From an uncultured Faecalibacterium sp. (GTDB lineage Bacteria; Bacillota; Clostridia; Oscillospirales; Acutalibacteraceae): a stretch of 64,000 nt of DNA. How positions within the stretch are numbered: the first letter of the stretch is position 1; every line of letters begins with the position of its first letter. The stretch spans positions 37,721-101,720 of the forward strand of contig CAYUVR010000001.1 of NCBI GenBank assembly GCA_964448225.1, in the 5' to 3' direction. This document shows, piece by piece, positions 1 through 8,593 of the stretch. The notes under the pieces were generated by a model that was not told where the DNA came from, did no database searches, and saw only the letters and a list, made by a program, of their open reading frames with translations. The position numbers and the translations under genes are program-made.

Positions 1-2
1 AT

Positions 3-152
3 AAGGCTGACCTTCACACAGGTTCAAGCAACCCTGCAAAAACAATTTTCAGTTATGTGTTCAGAGATAATCATCAGAATCTTCCAAGCAAAACCTTCTC
101 CGATGTTGTGGAAGATGTTGACCAAAGCATTGCAGCGCTTGAGGAGTATTAA
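3..152 (+). CDS. 3' end of an upstream gene (last 49 codons, product unknown)
   Basis: Frame 3 is open from the window edge to TAA at 150-152 (...SDVVEDVDQSIAALEEY*). The stop lies 2 nt before the ruvX ATG. No family recognised. Confidence 0.3.
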   Translation, partial: KADLHTGSSNPAKTIFSYVFRDNHQNLPSKTFSDVVEDVDQSIAALEEY

Positions 153-154
153 AA

Positions 155-568
155 ATGATAATTTTATCCGTTGATTACGGCGATGTACGAACGGGAATTG
201 CTGTTTGTGACAGAATGGAGATTCTCGCATCGCCCGTAACCGTTATAAAGCAGAATTATGAGCCGAAGCTTATACTTGAAATCAAGGCAATAGCTGAAAA
301 ACAGAAGGCTGAACTTATCGTTGTGGGACTTCCCAAAAATATGGACGGAAGCGAAGGCGAAAGAGCCGAGAAGTGCAAAAAATTCGCTCAGCAGTTGGCG
401 ACAGAGACAGGTATCGAAACAGTTATGTGGGATGAAAGGCTCACTACCGTGTCCGCCCACAGAGCGCTCAGCAACAACAATGTCAGAGGACAAAGACGAA
501 AAGATGTTGTTGATGCAGTTTCGGCAGTGATGATTCTCGAATCATATATTTCGTCAAAAAACAAGTAA
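155..568 (+). CDS. ruvX: Holliday-junction resolvase-like / pre-16S rRNA nuclease, YqgF/RuvX family
   Basis: 137-aa ORF. The N-terminus MIILSVDYGDVRTGIAVCD is the YqgF signature. GAGGAG SD lies just upstream. Confidence 0.9.
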   Translation: MIILSVDYGDVRTGIAVCDRMEILASPVTVIKQNYEPKLILEIKAIAEKQKAELIVVGLPKNMDGSEGERAEKCKKFAQQLATETGIETVMWDERLTTVSAHRALSNNNVRGQRRKDVVDAVSAVMILESYISSKNK

Positions 569-641
569 AGCTCTTGAGCGACACTTCGGATACTTTCTTT
601 CAGAGAGGTATCGTTTGTCCGGTGAGGACTGTAAAATGAAA

Positions 642-673
642 AAAGGTGCAAAGTTTATTCTTTGTACCTTTTT
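642..673. terminator. Bidirectional intrinsic terminator between ruvX and the convergent TSUP genes
   Basis: 12-bp stem AAAGGUGCAAAG/CUUUGUACCUUU with a 6-nt loop. T-rich runs on both sides. Confidence 0.7.
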
Positions 674-747
674 ATATTTTGGATAAGTTTGCGGCACGAA
701 GTGAGTGGATATTTATGCATCGTAAGGTAGCCTCACAGAAAGATTTT

Positions 748-1113
748 TTATTCTTTTTTTCTTGTGTTCAGAATCTGCCGTAACCCTAACAAGACAACAA
801 ATCCGCCGAAAAGCTTTGAAAGATATTCCGTCGGAATCCTCTGTAAAATCAGATAACCGATTGCGACCCCGATAATACCTCCCAAGGTCATCGGTATGAC
901 CTTTTTGAAATCAACAAGACCTTTCCCGGCATATATAATCAGTGATATTAAGGCACAAGGAATGAAAAACATAAGATTTATGCCTTGTGCCTTTGTTTGA
1001 CCGAATGAAAGCACACCTGTCAGAAACAGAATCAACACCGTTCCGCCGCCAAACCCCATTGAGCATAAAAGTCCTGCAAGAAAAGAAGAAATTATCACAT
1101 AAACAGTCATCAT
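748..1113 (-). CDS. Half-size TSUP (TauE/SafE-type) membrane protein, distal half
   Basis: 121 aa, about 4 hydrophobic helices, Gly-rich motif MGFGGGTVLILF. Start overlaps the upstream stop in ATGA (1110-1113). Confidence 0.7.
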   Translation of the reverse strand: MMTVYVIISSFLAGLLCSMGFGGGTVLILFLTGVLSFGQTKAQGINLMFFIPCALISLIIYAGKGLVDFKKVIPMTLGGIIGVAIGYLILQRIPTEYLSKLFGGFVVLLGLRQILNTRKKE

Positions 1114-1457
1114 AAAATCAACCTTATTCCGGAATAAATCATCAGTATTGAAAAAAGAATATTCAAAAGTTTATTTGAAACCTTGCCCATCAGAAGAATG
1201 CCGGCAACAGTACCGACAAGACCAAACGGGATAAACCAAAGGCCGTCATTGAAAATGAAATAACCCTTTTTTAAATATAAAAACATACTTATTACCGTCA
1301 AAGGGAGTATGACCGCAAGACATGAGGCTTGAGCCTTTTTTTGTGCGAGCCCTGATTTTTTGAGAATAGGAACTGCTATTATACCTCCGCCTGCACCGAA
1401 AAGAGAGTTTACAATTCCCACAAGTACACCCGAAAGTAAAGAATATATTTGATTCAT
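1110..1457 (-). CDS. Half-size TSUP (TauE/SafE-type) membrane protein, proximal half
   Basis: 115 aa, about 4 hydrophobic helices, motif FGAGGGIIAVP. Translationally coupled to the next half-size gene. Confidence 0.7.
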   Translation of the reverse strand: MNQIYSLLSGVLVGIVNSLFGAGGGIIAVPILKKSGLAQKKAQASCLAVILPLTVISMFLYLKKGYFIFNDGLWFIPFGLVGTVAGILLMGKVSNKLLNILFSILMIYSGIRLIL

Positions 1458-1596
1458 AAATAATCAACTCCGCAACTATATTTTTAGCGGCGGTTAATAA
1501 AAAAATACAGGGCAGTTTAAAATATAATCTTTGGGAAAATATGACTAAAATATGCATAAAATCTTGAAAAAAACGGGAAATTCTTTCGTTAAACTA

Positions 1597-1625
1597 TTGT
1601 AAATGAAAATTTTTAGTGGTATAAT
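1597..1625 (+). promoter_or_regulatory. Sigma-A type promoter for the zinc-ribbon gene
   Basis: TTGTAA (1597-1602), 17-nt spacer, extended -10 TGgTATAAT (TATAAT at 1620-1625). Confidence 0.5.
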
Positions 1626-1686
1626 TTACTAGAATTGAGGAGAAATGTGACTTTTCTCTTTGTAAAAAGTTTAGGAGGACTTTGTT

Positions 1687-2292
1687 ATGATTTGTAAGTT
1701 TTGCGGCAACTCAATCGAAGATAATTCAGATTTTTGTTTCATTTGCGGCCAGAAGGTAGAAGCTGAAGCTGCTCCTTTACAGAATGCTGAATCAAATGAT
1801 GTTTTCTCTCAGTCAGCTCAGGCTCCCGCAGCAGTTGAAGCTGCTTCTGCTGAAGCAGAGGCTGTTGCACAAGCTGCTCCCGTGGCTGCACCCGTTCAGG
1901 TTGCAGAACCTGCACCGATGGATTGTCCCGTTCAGGCACAATCCGGAGCTGTTCAGTGTCCCTATCAGCAGATGCCCGCACCGCAGGAAATGTCAAAGAA
2001 GGGCAAGAAAAAGAATAAGGATAAGAGTCAGCCCACAAAGGCTCTCAAGTTCTTCACAACACTTTTCCTCGCACTTTTCCTTGCGCTTGCAGCATTTATG
2101 AGCGGAGCTGTCAGATATGTTTGCATTATACTTGTGGCTGTTTATGCTCTTTGTGATTGGAAGGCATATAAGAAAGCAAAGAAGCTCGGCTATGAAACAA
2201 AGTGTGTTGCTATTCTTAACTCAACAGGTATCGGTGCTATCATTGGTATGGCTTTGATTCTCGTTAAGCTCTTTATGACAGCTTATATGTAA
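1687..2292 (+). CDS. Zinc-ribbon membrane protein with low-complexity linker
   Basis: N-terminal CxxC-x10-CxxC (CKFCGNSIEDNSDFCFICG), Ala/Pro/Gln-rich linker, Lys-rich patch, hydrophobic C-terminal helices. AGGAGG SD. Confidence 0.75.
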   Translation: MICKFCGNSIEDNSDFCFICGQKVEAEAAPLQNAESNDVFSQSAQAPAAVEAASAEAEAVAQAAPVAAPVQVAEPAPMDCPVQAQSGAVQCPYQQMPAPQEMSKKGKKKNKDKSQPTKALKFFTTLFLALFLALAAFMSGAVRYVCIILVAVYALCDWKAYKKAKKLGYETKCVAILNSTGIGAIIGMALILVKLFMTAYM

Positions 2293-2308
2293 TTTTTAAC
2301 ACCAAAAT

Positions 2309-2342
2309 TAACTCCCGTTCTTTCAGGAATGGGAGTTTTTTT
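2309..2342 (+). terminator. Intrinsic terminator
   Basis: ACUCCC/GGGAGU stem followed by a T6 run. Confidence 0.6.
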
Positions 2343-2474
2343 GATGACTTCACAGTCACAATTTTTTAACTTTTTCTTTCCTTGTTCTTGTATTCTGCGT
2401 TCAGTATTGCTATAATAAAAAGGCAAAAAAGATGTTTTGATATTAAAAACAAATCACAGAAAGGAATAAAATTT

Positions 2475-3404
2475 ATGAAAAAAGCATTATCAGTTATTTT
2501 GTCAATTCTTATGATTTTTTCTCTCACAACAGTAGCCTTTGCTGCAGGAGAAACAACTGAGAAGCCTTTTGAAAACAGCGAGTTTTACACCGACGGCGAA
2601 TATACTCTTCATTACAGAACCTATAAGCCGACAGGTATCGCAAAAAACAGAATTCTTCTCATTCACGGCTTCTGCCTTTCAACTGCTTCACTCGAAGGCA
2701 TTGCAGAAGAATATATGAAAGCCGGCTATGAGGTTGTAACTCTTGATGCTCCCAACTTCGGCTATTCTTCAAGAGAAACCACGGGAACTGTCCTTCGTCA
2801 GAGAGAAGAGGTTATCTATTCTCTTGTGAAGAGTCTTGGCGGAAAATGGATTGTTGGCGGTCACTCAATGGGCGGCGGCATTGCTCTTAACCTTGCTGCA
2901 ATGTATCCGGAAACCTTCACAGGCCTTGTGCTTTATGCCCCTCAGACAAACAAAGAGGTTACGGGCATTATGAAGACTCTCTCAGCATCGGCTGTTATGC
3001 GCACGATGTATACTCTTGTGCTTAAAATAGCTCTTATGTTCCCGCCAATGGTGGAAAGCCTTGTTGAAATGAGCTTCAGCGACAGCGAATATGCAAAGAA
3101 TTATGACCTTGACAGAATCACCGACCCGCTTTCACTTGACGGCACAGGTGCAGGTATTGCAATTATGTCCTCACACGTGACAGGCACAGACTTTGATGCA
3201 GTTGCACAGCTTAATATCCCTGCTGTTGTAATCACAGCTAAGGAAGATAAGGTTGCTTCCGCAGAAAATCTTGAAGAAATTATCACGGCTCTCGGTGACA
3301 ATGCAACAGTTTACGAGTGTGAAAAGGGCGGACATATGATGATGGAATACAATCCGCAGCTTGTTGCAGAAAAAACGCTTCCCACAATTGCACTTTGCAA
3401 ATAA
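2475..3404 (+). CDS. Secreted alpha/beta-fold hydrolase
   Basis: Signal peptide MKKALSVILSILMIFSLTTVAFA, HGF region and GHSMGG nucleophile elbow. Start set at ATG 2475 (AAAGGA SD), not the TTG-extended ORF from 2382. Confidence 0.8.
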   Translation: MKKALSVILSILMIFSLTTVAFAAGETTEKPFENSEFYTDGEYTLHYRTYKPTGIAKNRILLIHGFCLSTASLEGIAEEYMKAGYEVVTLDAPNFGYSSRETTGTVLRQREEVIYSLVKSLGGKWIVGGHSMGGGIALNLAAMYPETFTGLVLYAPQTNKEVTGIMKTLSASAVMRTMYTLVLKIALMFPPMVESLVEMSFSDSEYAKNYDLDRITDPLSLDGTGAGIAIMSSHVTGTDFDAVAQLNIPAVVITAKEDKVASAENLEEIITALGDNATVYECEKGGHMMMEYNPQLVAEKTLPTIALCK

Positions 3405-3429
3405 AACCGACAATTTAACATCAATAACG

Positions 3430-3474
3430 AATACTACTCCGAATAATAACCAAAAATTCGGAGTAGTATTTTTA
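3430..3474 (+). terminator. Intrinsic terminator
   Basis: 14-bp stem AAUACUACUCCGAA/UUCGGAGUAGUAUU followed by TTTATAT. Confidence 0.75.
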
Positions 3475-3505
3475 TATATGCCAAATAAAAAAAGGGGATG
3501 GTTTT

Positions 3506-4177
3506 ATGATAAAAACAAAAGAGCTTTTCTCTTTTGAAAAAACTCTTGCAAAAGAATATCTTTCATCTTTTGAGTATCCGTGGGAGGCTTTGGCCGGAAT
3601 TGGTGATATGATACCTCTTTTGGGAAAAAAGCTGTCAGAACAAGAATATGAACAGATTTTGCCTAAGGTGTGGGTGCACAAAACCGCAAAAATTGCATCG
3701 ACGGCATTTATCGGCGAAAATATTATCATCGGTGAAAATACCGAGGTCAGGCAAGGTGCTTTTATAAGGTCTGATGCAATTATCGGCAAAGGCTGTGTTG
3801 TCGGCAATTCAACTGAGGTTAAAAATGCCATTATTTTTGACGGAGTTCAGATTCCTCACTTCAACTATGTAGGGGATAGCATTTTAGGCTTCAAAGCTCA
3901 TCTTGGTGCAGGTGCGGTGACTTCAAACGTCAAAAGTGATAAAACAAACGTGACGGTGTTTTATGACGGTGAAAAAATAAACACTGGACTGAGAAAATTC
4001 GGTGCAATGATAGGTGACAATGCGGAAATCGGTTGCAACTGTGTGCTTAATCCGGGAACAATTATCGGCAGAAACTGCACCGTTTATCCGCTTTCTTGTG
4101 TCAGAGGAACTGTCAAAGAAAACAGCATTTATAAATCAGCAGACAGAATTGTAATTAAATCAGACAGGGGAGGATAA
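3506..4177 (+). CDS. Hexapeptide-repeat (left-handed beta-helix) acyltransferase, GlmU C-terminal-domain-like
   Basis: Repeated [LIV]-G-x-x-x-x hexapeptides (IGENIIIGENTEV, IGKGCVVGNSTEV, IGDNAEIGCNCVL). The stop is 1 nt before the glmM ATG. Confidence 0.75.
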   Translation: MIKTKELFSFEKTLAKEYLSSFEYPWEALAGIGDMIPLLGKKLSEQEYEQILPKVWVHKTAKIASTAFIGENIIIGENTEVRQGAFIRSDAIIGKGCVVGNSTEVKNAIIFDGVQIPHFNYVGDSILGFKAHLGAGAVTSNVKSDKTNVTVFYDGEKINTGLRKFGAMIGDNAEIGCNCVLNPGTIIGRNCTVYPLSCVRGTVKENSIYKSADRIVIKSDRGG

Positions 4178-4178
4178 T

Positions 4179-5552
4179 ATGGGCAAATATTTCGGCACAG
4201 ACGGTTTCAGAGGCGAAGCGGGCAAAGTTCTGACAGCAGACCACGCATATAAAATCGGGCGGTTTTTAGGTTGGTATTACAGCAGAAAAACAGACGGCAA
4301 AGCGAAAATTGTAATCGGTAAGGATACAAGGCGTTCAAGCTATATGTTCGAGTATATTCTTGCAGGCGGACTTGTTTCTTCGGGTGCAGATGCTTATCTT
4401 CTTCACGTCACAACAACACCATGCGTAGCCTATGTGACAAGGACTGATGATTTTGACTGCGGAATTATGATATCGGCAAGTCACAATCCGTTTTATGATA
4501 ACGGAATCAAGCTTCTCAACTCCAAAGGAGAAAAAATGCAAGATGAAGTAATAGATCTTATTGAAGCCTATCTCGACGGTGAGCTTAAGGTCGCAGGTGA
4601 AAAAATGCAGGAAGTTCCATTTGCACACAAGGACAGAATCGGCAGAAGTGTTGACTATGTTTCAGGCAGAAACAGATATCTCGGTTATCTTATATCCCTC
4701 GGACTTTATTCTTTCAGGGATATGAGGATCGGTCTTGACTGCGCCAACGGCAGCTCATGGTGTCTTGCAAAAAGCGTGTTTGAAGCTTTGGGTGCCGACA
4801 CATTCATCATCGGTGCTGAGCCTGACGGAACTAATATAAACAAAAGCATCGGCTCGACTCATATCGAAAAGCTGCAAACCTTTGTGAAAGAAAACGGTTT
4901 GGACGCAGGCTTCGCTTTCGACGGTGATGCAGACCGTTGCATTGCCGTTGATGAAAAAGGCAATGTTGTTGACGGAGATGCAATTTTATATATCTACGGC
5001 AAATATATGAAAGAAAAGGGCGAACTGAAAAACAACACTGTTGTTACCACGGTTATGTCCAATTTCGGCCTTTACAAGGCTTTTGATGATCTTGGTATTG
5101 ATTATGCCAGAACTCAGGTGGGGGACAAATATGTCCACGATTATATGATGAAAGAGGGTTGTATCATCGGCGGTGAACAGTCGGGACACATAATCTTTTC
5201 AAAATATGCCACAACGGGTGACGGTATTTTGACTGCGCTCAAGGTGATGGAGGTTATGTTGAGCAAAAAAATGAAGCTCAGCGAGCTTGCCGCAGGCTTT
5301 AAAGTATATCCTCAGGTACTGATAAATGTTAAGGTGGAAAACAAGAAAAGGGCTGTTGAAAATGAACAGGTGCAAAAGGCAATGAAAAAAGCTGAAAAAG
5401 ACCTGCAGGGCAGAGGGCGGATACTTCTTCGTGAATCAGGCACAGAGCCTGTTATCAGGGTTATGGTGGAATGTGACGATGAAAATCTTTGCCGTGAATG
5501 TGCCGAGAGTGTTGCACACGAAGTTGAGCAATCAATTTACAGCTTGAAATAA
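4179..5552 (+). CDS. glmM: Phosphoglucosamine mutase
   Basis: 457 aa. N-terminus GKYFGTDGFRG, active-site loop SASHNPFYDNGIK, and GEQSGH motif. Confidence 0.95.
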   Translation: MGKYFGTDGFRGEAGKVLTADHAYKIGRFLGWYYSRKTDGKAKIVIGKDTRRSSYMFEYILAGGLVSSGADAYLLHVTTTPCVAYVTRTDDFDCGIMISASHNPFYDNGIKLLNSKGEKMQDEVIDLIEAYLDGELKVAGEKMQEVPFAHKDRIGRSVDYVSGRNRYLGYLISLGLYSFRDMRIGLDCANGSSWCLAKSVFEALGADTFIIGAEPDGTNINKSIGSTHIEKLQTFVKENGLDAGFAFDGDADRCIAVDEKGNVVDGDAILYIYGKYMKEKGELKNNTVVTTVMSNFGLYKAFDDLGIDYARTQVGDKYVHDYMMKEGCIIGGEQSGHIIFSKYATTGDGILTALKVMEVMLSKKMKLSELAAGFKVYPQVLINVKVENKKRAVENEQVQKAMKKAEKDLQGRGRILLRESGTEPVIRVMVECDDENLCRECAESVAHEVEQSIYSLK

Positions 5553-5590
5553 CAAATTTTAGCAGTTGACCGAAATTTTGCTGTTATGCC

Positions 5591-5619
5591 TTGCATTTGA
5601 CGAAGAGTTGTTATATAAT
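5591..5619 (+). promoter_or_regulatory. Promoter of the queT unit
   Basis: TTGCAT (5591-5596), 17-nt spacer, TATAAT (5614-5619). Confidence 0.55.
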
Positions 5620-5626
5620 ATCCATT

Positions 5627-5723
5627 GCCAAAAGATGTATGCCACAGGCTTTGGCGGTCAGTTCGAAACCTTCCTGACCTAAACCTTACCAACGGTTTAA
5701 AACCAAAACTAAAGGAGCTAAAA
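5627..5723 (+). promoter_or_regulatory. Structured 5' leader of queT, probable preQ1-class riboswitch (class unresolved)
   Basis: About 97 nt of leader. Hairpin GCCAAAAG...CUUUGGC, then hairpin GGUCAG-UUCGAAACCUUC-CUGACC. CCUU-containing segments are complementary to the AAAGGAG SD. queT genes are typical preQ1 riboswitch targets. Confidence 0.45.
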
Positions 5724-6257
5724 ATGAATATTTCAAAAAGAACTCACAAAATGGCAGTGAGTGCAGTTGTTGCGGCACTTTATGTTGCACTCACCTATGC
5801 CCAGACAGCAATTTTTCCCGGCAGCACATCGATGGCTGTGCAGTTCAGAGCTTCAGAGGCTCTGACGGTACTTGCACTTTTCACTCCGGCGGCAATTCCC
5901 GGCCTCACAGTAGGTTGCTTTCTCGCTAATCTTGTTTCAGTGGGAGCTTTGCCGATTGATATGATTCTCGGCACTTTTGCAACGCTTCTTGCGGTGCTTT
6001 CAATGCATAAGTTAAAGAATGTGTGTATCAAAGGAATCCCCGTTTTTTCTCTTCTGATGCCTGCAATTTTCAACGGAGTGATAATCGGACTTGAGATTGA
6101 AATTTTCTTCATTGAAGGCAGTTTTCATTTCACTTCCTTCCTTATTCAGGGCGGACTTGTGGCTTTGGGTGAGATCGGAGTGCTTTTTACCTTGGGCTTG
6201 ATGCTCTATAAACTAATAAAAAACAAAAATTTAGAAAAATATCTGTTTTCTATTTAA
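5724..6257 (+). CDS. queT: Queuosine-precursor transporter, QueT family
   Basis: 177-aa polytopic membrane protein (ALYVALTYAQTAIFPG...QFRASEALTVL). AAAGGAG SD. The ORF-track extension from 5625 crosses the leader. Confidence 0.75.
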   Translation: MNISKRTHKMAVSAVVAALYVALTYAQTAIFPGSTSMAVQFRASEALTVLALFTPAAIPGLTVGCFLANLVSVGALPIDMILGTFATLLAVLSMHKLKNVCIKGIPVFSLLMPAIFNGVIIGLEIEIFFIEGSFHFTSFLIQGGLVALGEIGVLFTLGLMLYKLIKNKNLEKYLFSI

Positions 6258-6266
6258 AAATTTGAA

Positions 6267-6304
6267 TTGCTCTGCTATAATAGGTGGAGCAATATTTTAT
6301 TTAT
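6267..6304 (+). terminator. Intrinsic terminator after queT
   Basis: UUGCUC/GAGCAA stem followed by UAUUUUAUUUAU. Confidence 0.5.
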
Positions 6305-6326
6305 AACAAAAAGGAGAAAGTTGATT

Positions 6327-7694
6327 ATGGAAAACAAGCTTTCAAAGCGCCTGTGGGTGAACATACTTTTGTTCAGCTTTATGGGCGGCGTTGCGTGGAA
6401 TGTTGAAAATATGTATTTCAACACCTTCCTTTACAACTCAATTTACACAGGTGCATCTGCCGAAGCTATTGCAGGCACAATGGCACCTACAACAGCAATC
6501 AGCCGAATGGTGGCACTTTCAGCCATCACCGCAGTTGTCACAACCTTCATTATGGGTACTCTCAGCGACAAAATGAGAAAACGTAAGGTTTTCATCTCTG
6601 TCGGCTATATCTTGTGGGGTATTATTACCGCTGCATTCGGCCTTATTTCAAGAGATAATATCGCTGCTGTGTTCGGACTTACAGACGAGGTTAAAATTCT
6701 CACATTCACCGTCTGGGCGGTTATACTTATGGATATGCTTATGACCTTTATGGGCTCCACCAGTAATGACTCCGCTTTTAACGCTTGGGTAACAGATGTC
6801 ACAACACCCAAAACAAGACCTCAGGTTGAAACATCACTTATGCTTATCGGCTTTGTTGCAATGGGCGCAGTTATGGGCGTTGGCACGCTCGCTCAGTCAG
6901 GCACAGTTACTTATTCTGCATTTTTCCTTGGTCTTGGTGCAGTCGTTACCGTTTGCGGTATTTTAGGACTTTTCCTCCTTCAGGACCCCGAGCCCAAAGT
7001 TGAAGCGCCTTCAGATTCTAATTATTGGAGTGACCTTTTCTACGGCTTCAGACCTTCTGTTATCAAAGATAACTCAAGACTTTATCTCACACTTGCATCT
7101 GTCTGCTTCTTCAGCGTAGCATTTCAGGTGTTCTTCCCTTATCTTTTTGTATATCTTCAGTATGTGATTCTCCCTGCAAATGAAGGTGTAAACTTTATTT
7201 CTGCGGGCGTTCTTGTTCCTGCTGTTCTTGCTGTTGCAGTTCTTGTTGCGGGAATTGTTGTGCTTATGAAGGTTGCAAACAAAAACAAGGCAGCATCACT
7301 TTTTGCAGGGGTAGCCTGTCTTGCTGTGGGACTTTTCATACTTTCAACAACCACAAATATCGTTGGTGTTCTTATCGGTGTTGCTCCCACCTTCATCGGT
7401 TATATCGTTCTTACCGTTCAGCTCAATGCATCAATCAAGGACTTTATTCCCGTTGGTAAGGCAGGACTTTTCCAGGGCATCAGAATGATTTTCGTTGTTC
7501 TCATTCCTATGGTTGTCGGTCCTGTTATCGGTGACATTGCCTGCCGTAATTCAGCAATCACTTATATAAATGAATACAGCGTTGAAACAATTGTACCCTC
7601 ATCAAGTATGTTCCTTTACAGCGCAGTTATCGCACTTTTCGTGTTCATCCCTCTTTTCTTACTTGTCAAAAAAGGCTTCAAGGTTGAAGAATAG
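6327..7694 (+). CDS. MFS-type transporter, substrate unknown
   Basis: 455 aa with about 12 hydrophobic segments. AAAGGAGAAAG SD before ATG 6327. Confidence 0.75.
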   Translation: MENKLSKRLWVNILLFSFMGGVAWNVENMYFNTFLYNSIYTGASAEAIAGTMAPTTAISRMVALSAITAVVTTFIMGTLSDKMRKRKVFISVGYILWGIITAAFGLISRDNIAAVFGLTDEVKILTFTVWAVILMDMLMTFMGSTSNDSAFNAWVTDVTTPKTRPQVETSLMLIGFVAMGAVMGVGTLAQSGTVTYSAFFLGLGAVVTVCGILGLFLLQDPEPKVEAPSDSNYWSDLFYGFRPSVIKDNSRLYLTLASVCFFSVAFQVFFPYLFVYLQYVILPANEGVNFISAGVLVPAVLAVAVLVAGIVVLMKVANKNKAASLFAGVACLAVGLFILSTTTNIVGVLIGVAPTFIGYIVLTVQLNASIKDFIPVGKAGLFQGIRMIFVVLIPMVVGPVIGDIACRNSAITYINEYSVETIVPSSSMFLYSAVIALFVFIPLFLLVKKGFKVEE

Positions 7695-7767
7695 TAAGGG
7701 TATATAATAAAAGTGAAAAAGGCAATATCTCAAACGGATATGCCAATGTGAAATTTAATTATTAAAA

Positions 7768-7806
7768 AATAACGCTTTACTTTGATCGGTGGGCGTTATT
7801 TTTTTA
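7768..7806 (+). terminator. Intrinsic terminator after the MFS gene
   Basis: AAUAACGC/GCGUUAUU stem followed by T5. Confidence 0.55.
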
Positions 7807-7832
7807 TGGTTAACCCTGCAACAAAAAAACAA

Positions 7833-7860
7833 GCTGTTAAGAAAAAACGTTCTTAACAGC
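7833..7860. terminator. Bidirectional hairpin terminator
   Basis: GCUGUUAAGA/UCUUAACAGC stem, T-rich on both strands. Outer arms AGCTGT...ACAGCT resemble the repeat at 14166 and 44749. Confidence 0.6.
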
Positions 7861-7918
7861 TTTTGTGTTTTACTATCGGTCATTCGCACCCTGACTACCG
7901 GCTACCGACTACTGTCCG

Positions 7919-8593
7919 CTAATCAAGAATATAAAGCCCCGACTTAAGCCATACAAACTCTTTGCCCATAACGTTGATATACTTATATACCTTTTCGTTG
8001 AATACACGGTAATCTCTGACGGAGTTTGTCATAATGTTAAGAGAACGGATTTTTCTTGAGCCCTGATTGCAGATGTAAAGTGTGCTGCCGTTTAAGGTTA
8101 CGGCACAAGGACTTTCAAAAGCCGTAGCTTCGCCGCCGCCGACACGAAGAAGGATTCTGCCTTCTCTCGGGGAATACTTGATAATTGCATTTTCACTCGG
8201 AACGGCGCACCAGACATAAGGGCCGTCAACAGCAATGTCACAAACAGGTGAGCCGTGATAAGTCAGCTGTGAAGAAACATTGAGTGTACCATCGGTGTTG
8301 AAGATGTTGTATTCACCGTTGGGGAAAATAGCCATAATGCGGTTGTCGCTGAGAACACCGACATCGCAGGAAACATAGTCGCCGAGTTGTTCTGCAATTT
8401 CCTCAAATTCATAGCCGAATTTAACCTTGAGAAAAATTGATTTTTTGATGTGGGTGAATTTATCGTTCACAGCGTCATAGCCATAAAAATTAGCCTTAAG
8501 TCTGCCGTCGGGAGTTGTACCCTTTGTGGCAAAAACAAAACCTTTTTTGAAGGGAGTTATGTTGAGTATCTCACCTGAAAAAACGTTTTCCAT
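7919..8593 (-). CDS. Hypothetical cytoplasmic protein, beta-propeller-like (NHL-like repeats?)
   Basis: 224 aa from ATG 8593 (MENVFSGEI...). No signal peptide. Repeat-like strands (LYICNQGSRKIRSLN). Family not recognised. Confidence 0.6.
   Translation of the reverse strand: MENVFSGEILNITPFKKGFVFATKGTTPDGRLKANFYGYDAVNDKFTHIKKSIFLKVKFGYEFEEIAEQLGDYVSCDVGVLSDNRIMAIFPNGEYNIFNTDGTLNVSSQLTYHGSPVCDIAVDGPYVWCAVPSENAIIKYSPREGRILLRVGGGEATAFESPCAVTLNGSTLYICNQGSRKIRSLNIMTNSVRDYRVFNEKVYKYINVMGKEFVWLKSGLYILD

Noticed and set aside
2382-2474. N-terminal extensions in the ORF track (2382, 5625, 6267, 26930, 30411, 37166, 53545, 56629, 60788).
   Set aside because: The extensions use non-ATG or SD-less starts, and they cross terminators, promoters, a riboswitch-like leader or the T-box. 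In each case an internal start with a proper SD reproduces the expected N-terminus.
7893-7913. Three tandem heptamers (GACTACC GGCTACC GACTACT) in a locally GC-rich patch just downstream of the minus-strand gene ending at 7919.
   Set aside because: Too short and imperfect to call a repeat element. No second copy was seen in the window.
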